A stretch of DNA of 64,000 nucleotides from positions 14,818,001 through 14,882,000 of the forward strand of contig NC_043001.1 of assembly GCF_006345805.1 (NCBI RefSeq). The letters are read 5' to 3'. The translations under genes and the position numbers were made by a program. This stretch comes from Octopus sinensis (taxonomy: Eukaryota). The notes beneath the pieces are model-generated. The model worked only from the letters and a program-made list of their open reading frames with translations, did not search any database and was not told where the DNA came from. Shown here piece by piece: positions 62,033-64,000 of this stretch (within the stretch, counting starts at the first letter, position 1; every line of letters begins with the position of its first letter).

Positions 62033-62269
62033 GGTAAATTTAATTTTTTCATTGTTGAATTGATAAAAAGTGGGTTTTTTCTAATTCATATATATATATA
62101 TATATATATATTATATTTTGTGAAATTTGATTTAGTATTTCTAAATTGAATTTTTCCCTGTAAGTTTGGAATAATATTCCCTCATATTATTATCTATCTA
62201 TATATTATATATATATATCATCATCATCATCATCATCATCGTTTAGCGTCCGTTTTCCATGCTAGCATG

Positions 62270-62311
<42 letters not shown>

Positions 62312-62536
62312 GCTGCCACGAAGTTACTATCTACCATTTTCACCCCCAAGGCATTATTTGGCCTAAAGGCAATGCATAAGACACTTGCTGAAGCTACATT
62401 TCAGTTTGTGATTTAAACCGAAGATCATGTGGTTGCTAAGGAAAGTTCTTAGTCACTTAGCTGTTCAGTCGTGTATGTACATGCACGCATATATGTGTAT
62501 GTGAGAGTGTACGTGCATATGCATATGCATATACGT

Positions 62537-64000
62537 CATCATCATCATCATCGCTTAACATCCGTTTTCCATACTAGCATGAGTTGGACGGTTCAACTGG
62601 TGTCTGGGAAGCTAGGAGGCTGCACCAGGCTCCAGTCTGATCTGGCAGTATTTCTACAGCTGGATGCCCTTCCTAACGCCAACAACTCTGTGAGTGTAGT
62701 GGATGCTTTTTACGTGCCACCAGTACGGAAGCCAGTCAAGGCAGTGCTGGTATTGGCTGCGTTCAGATGGTGCTTTTTACGTGCCACCAGTACGGAAGCC
62801 AGTCAAGGCAGTGGGTATTGGCTGCGTTCAGATGGTGCTTTTTACGTGCCACCAGTACGGAAGCCAGTCAAGGCAGTGCTGGTATTGGCTGCGTTCAGAT
62901 GGTGCTTTTTACGTGCCACCAGTACGGAAGCCAGTCAAGGCAGTGCTGGTATTGGCTGCGTTCAGATGGTGCTTTTTACGTGCCACCAGTACGGAAGCCA
63001 GTCAAGGCAGTGCTGGTATTGGCTGCGTTCAGATGGTGCTTTTTACGTGCCACCAGTACGGAAGCCAGTCAAGGCAGTGCTGGTATTGGCTGCGTTCAGA
63101 TGGTGCTTTTTACGTGCCACCAGTACGGAAGCCAGTCAAGGCAGTGCTGGTATTGGCTGCGTTCAGATGGTGCTTTTTACGTCCACCAGTACGGAAGCCA
63201 GTCAAGGCAGTGCTGGTATTGGCTGCGTTCAGATGGTGCTTTTTACGTGCCACCAGTACGGAAGCCAGTCAAGGCGTGCTGGTATTGGCTGCGTTCAGAT
63301 GGTGCTTTTTACGTGCCACCAGTACGGAAGCCAGTCAAGGCAGTGCTGGTATTGGCTGCGTTCAGATGGTGCTTTTTACATGCCACCAGTACGGAAGCCA
63401 GTCAAGGCAGTGCTGGTATTGGCTGCGTTCAGATGGTGCTTTTTACGTGCCACCAGTACGGAAGCCAGTCAAGGCAGTGCTGGTATTGGCTGCGTTCAGA
63501 TGGTGCTTTTTACGTGCCACCAGTACGGAAGCCAGTCAATGCAGTGCTGGTATTGGCTGCGTTCAGATGGTGCTTTTTACATGCCACCAGTACGGAGCCA
63601 GTCAAGGCAGTGCTGGTATTGCTGCGTTCAGATGGTGCTTTTTACGTGCCACCAGTACGGAAGCCAGTCAAGGCAGTGCTGGTATTGGCTGCGTTCAGAT
63701 GGTGCTTTTTACGTGCCACCAGTACGGAAGCCAGTCAAGGCAGTGCTGGTATTGGCTGCGTTCAGATGGTGCTTTTTACGTGCCACCAGTACGGAAGCCA
63801 GTCAAGGCAGTGCTGGTATTGGCTGCGTTCAGATGGTGCTTTTTACGTGCCACCAGTACGGAAGCCAGTCAAGGCAGTTGGTATTGGCTGCGTTCAGATG
63901 GTGCTTTTTACGTGCCACCAGTACGGAAGCCAGTCAAGGCAGTGCTGGTATTGGCTGCGTTCAGATGGTGCTTTTTACGTGCCACCAGTACGGAAGCCAG
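62537..64000 (-). mobile_element. RTE 3' UTR fragment with massive internal minisatellite
   Basis: (CAT)n and UTR consensus 62537-62713 run directly into the array. Confidence 0.9.
62714..64000. repeat. 67-bp tandem array, ~19 near-identical copies, runs off the window
   Basis: Unit gtgccaccagtacggaagccagtcaaggcagtgctggtattggctgcgttcagatggtgctttttac; period 62714 to 62781. Confidence 0.97.

Noticed and set aside
62714-64000. Regular array superficially like CRISPR
   Set aside because: No unique spacers, eukaryotic context; it is a LINE-UTR minisatellite

Overview
AT-rich, repeat-saturated eukaryotic (animal) DNA. No host protein-coding gene, rRNA, true tRNA gene or CRISPR array can be supported. 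The repeat repertoire resembles octopod cephalopod genomes (inference from recalled family types, not a database search). It includes three tRNA-headed SINE groups (here A, B, D), fragments of RTE, CR1/L2-group and R4/Dong LINEs, Penelope-like and Tc1 remnants, non-autonomous Helitrons/Helentron, a hAT MITE, several fold-back MITEs and very long microsatellites. Most ORFs in the track are microsatellite artefacts. The most interesting signals are: (1) three short orphan elements, each carrying a minimal type-I hammerhead-ribozyme fold with a palindromic stem III (3888, 8810, 51588); (2) an RTE LINE (36080-38810) with a C4HC3 PHD-like finger inside its RT ORF and a long 3' UTR that accounts for about 14 dispersed repeats and seeds 62-67 bp minisatellites, including a ~19-copy array at the window end; (3) SINE-A sharing its 3' tail with a CR1/L2-group LINE end in the same window; (4) modular, chimeric and multimeric SINEs; (5) cleanly resolvable nested insertions with target-site duplications (TSDs). 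Coordinates were read by eye; many SINE/LINE boundaries are approximate to within about 10-20 bp.
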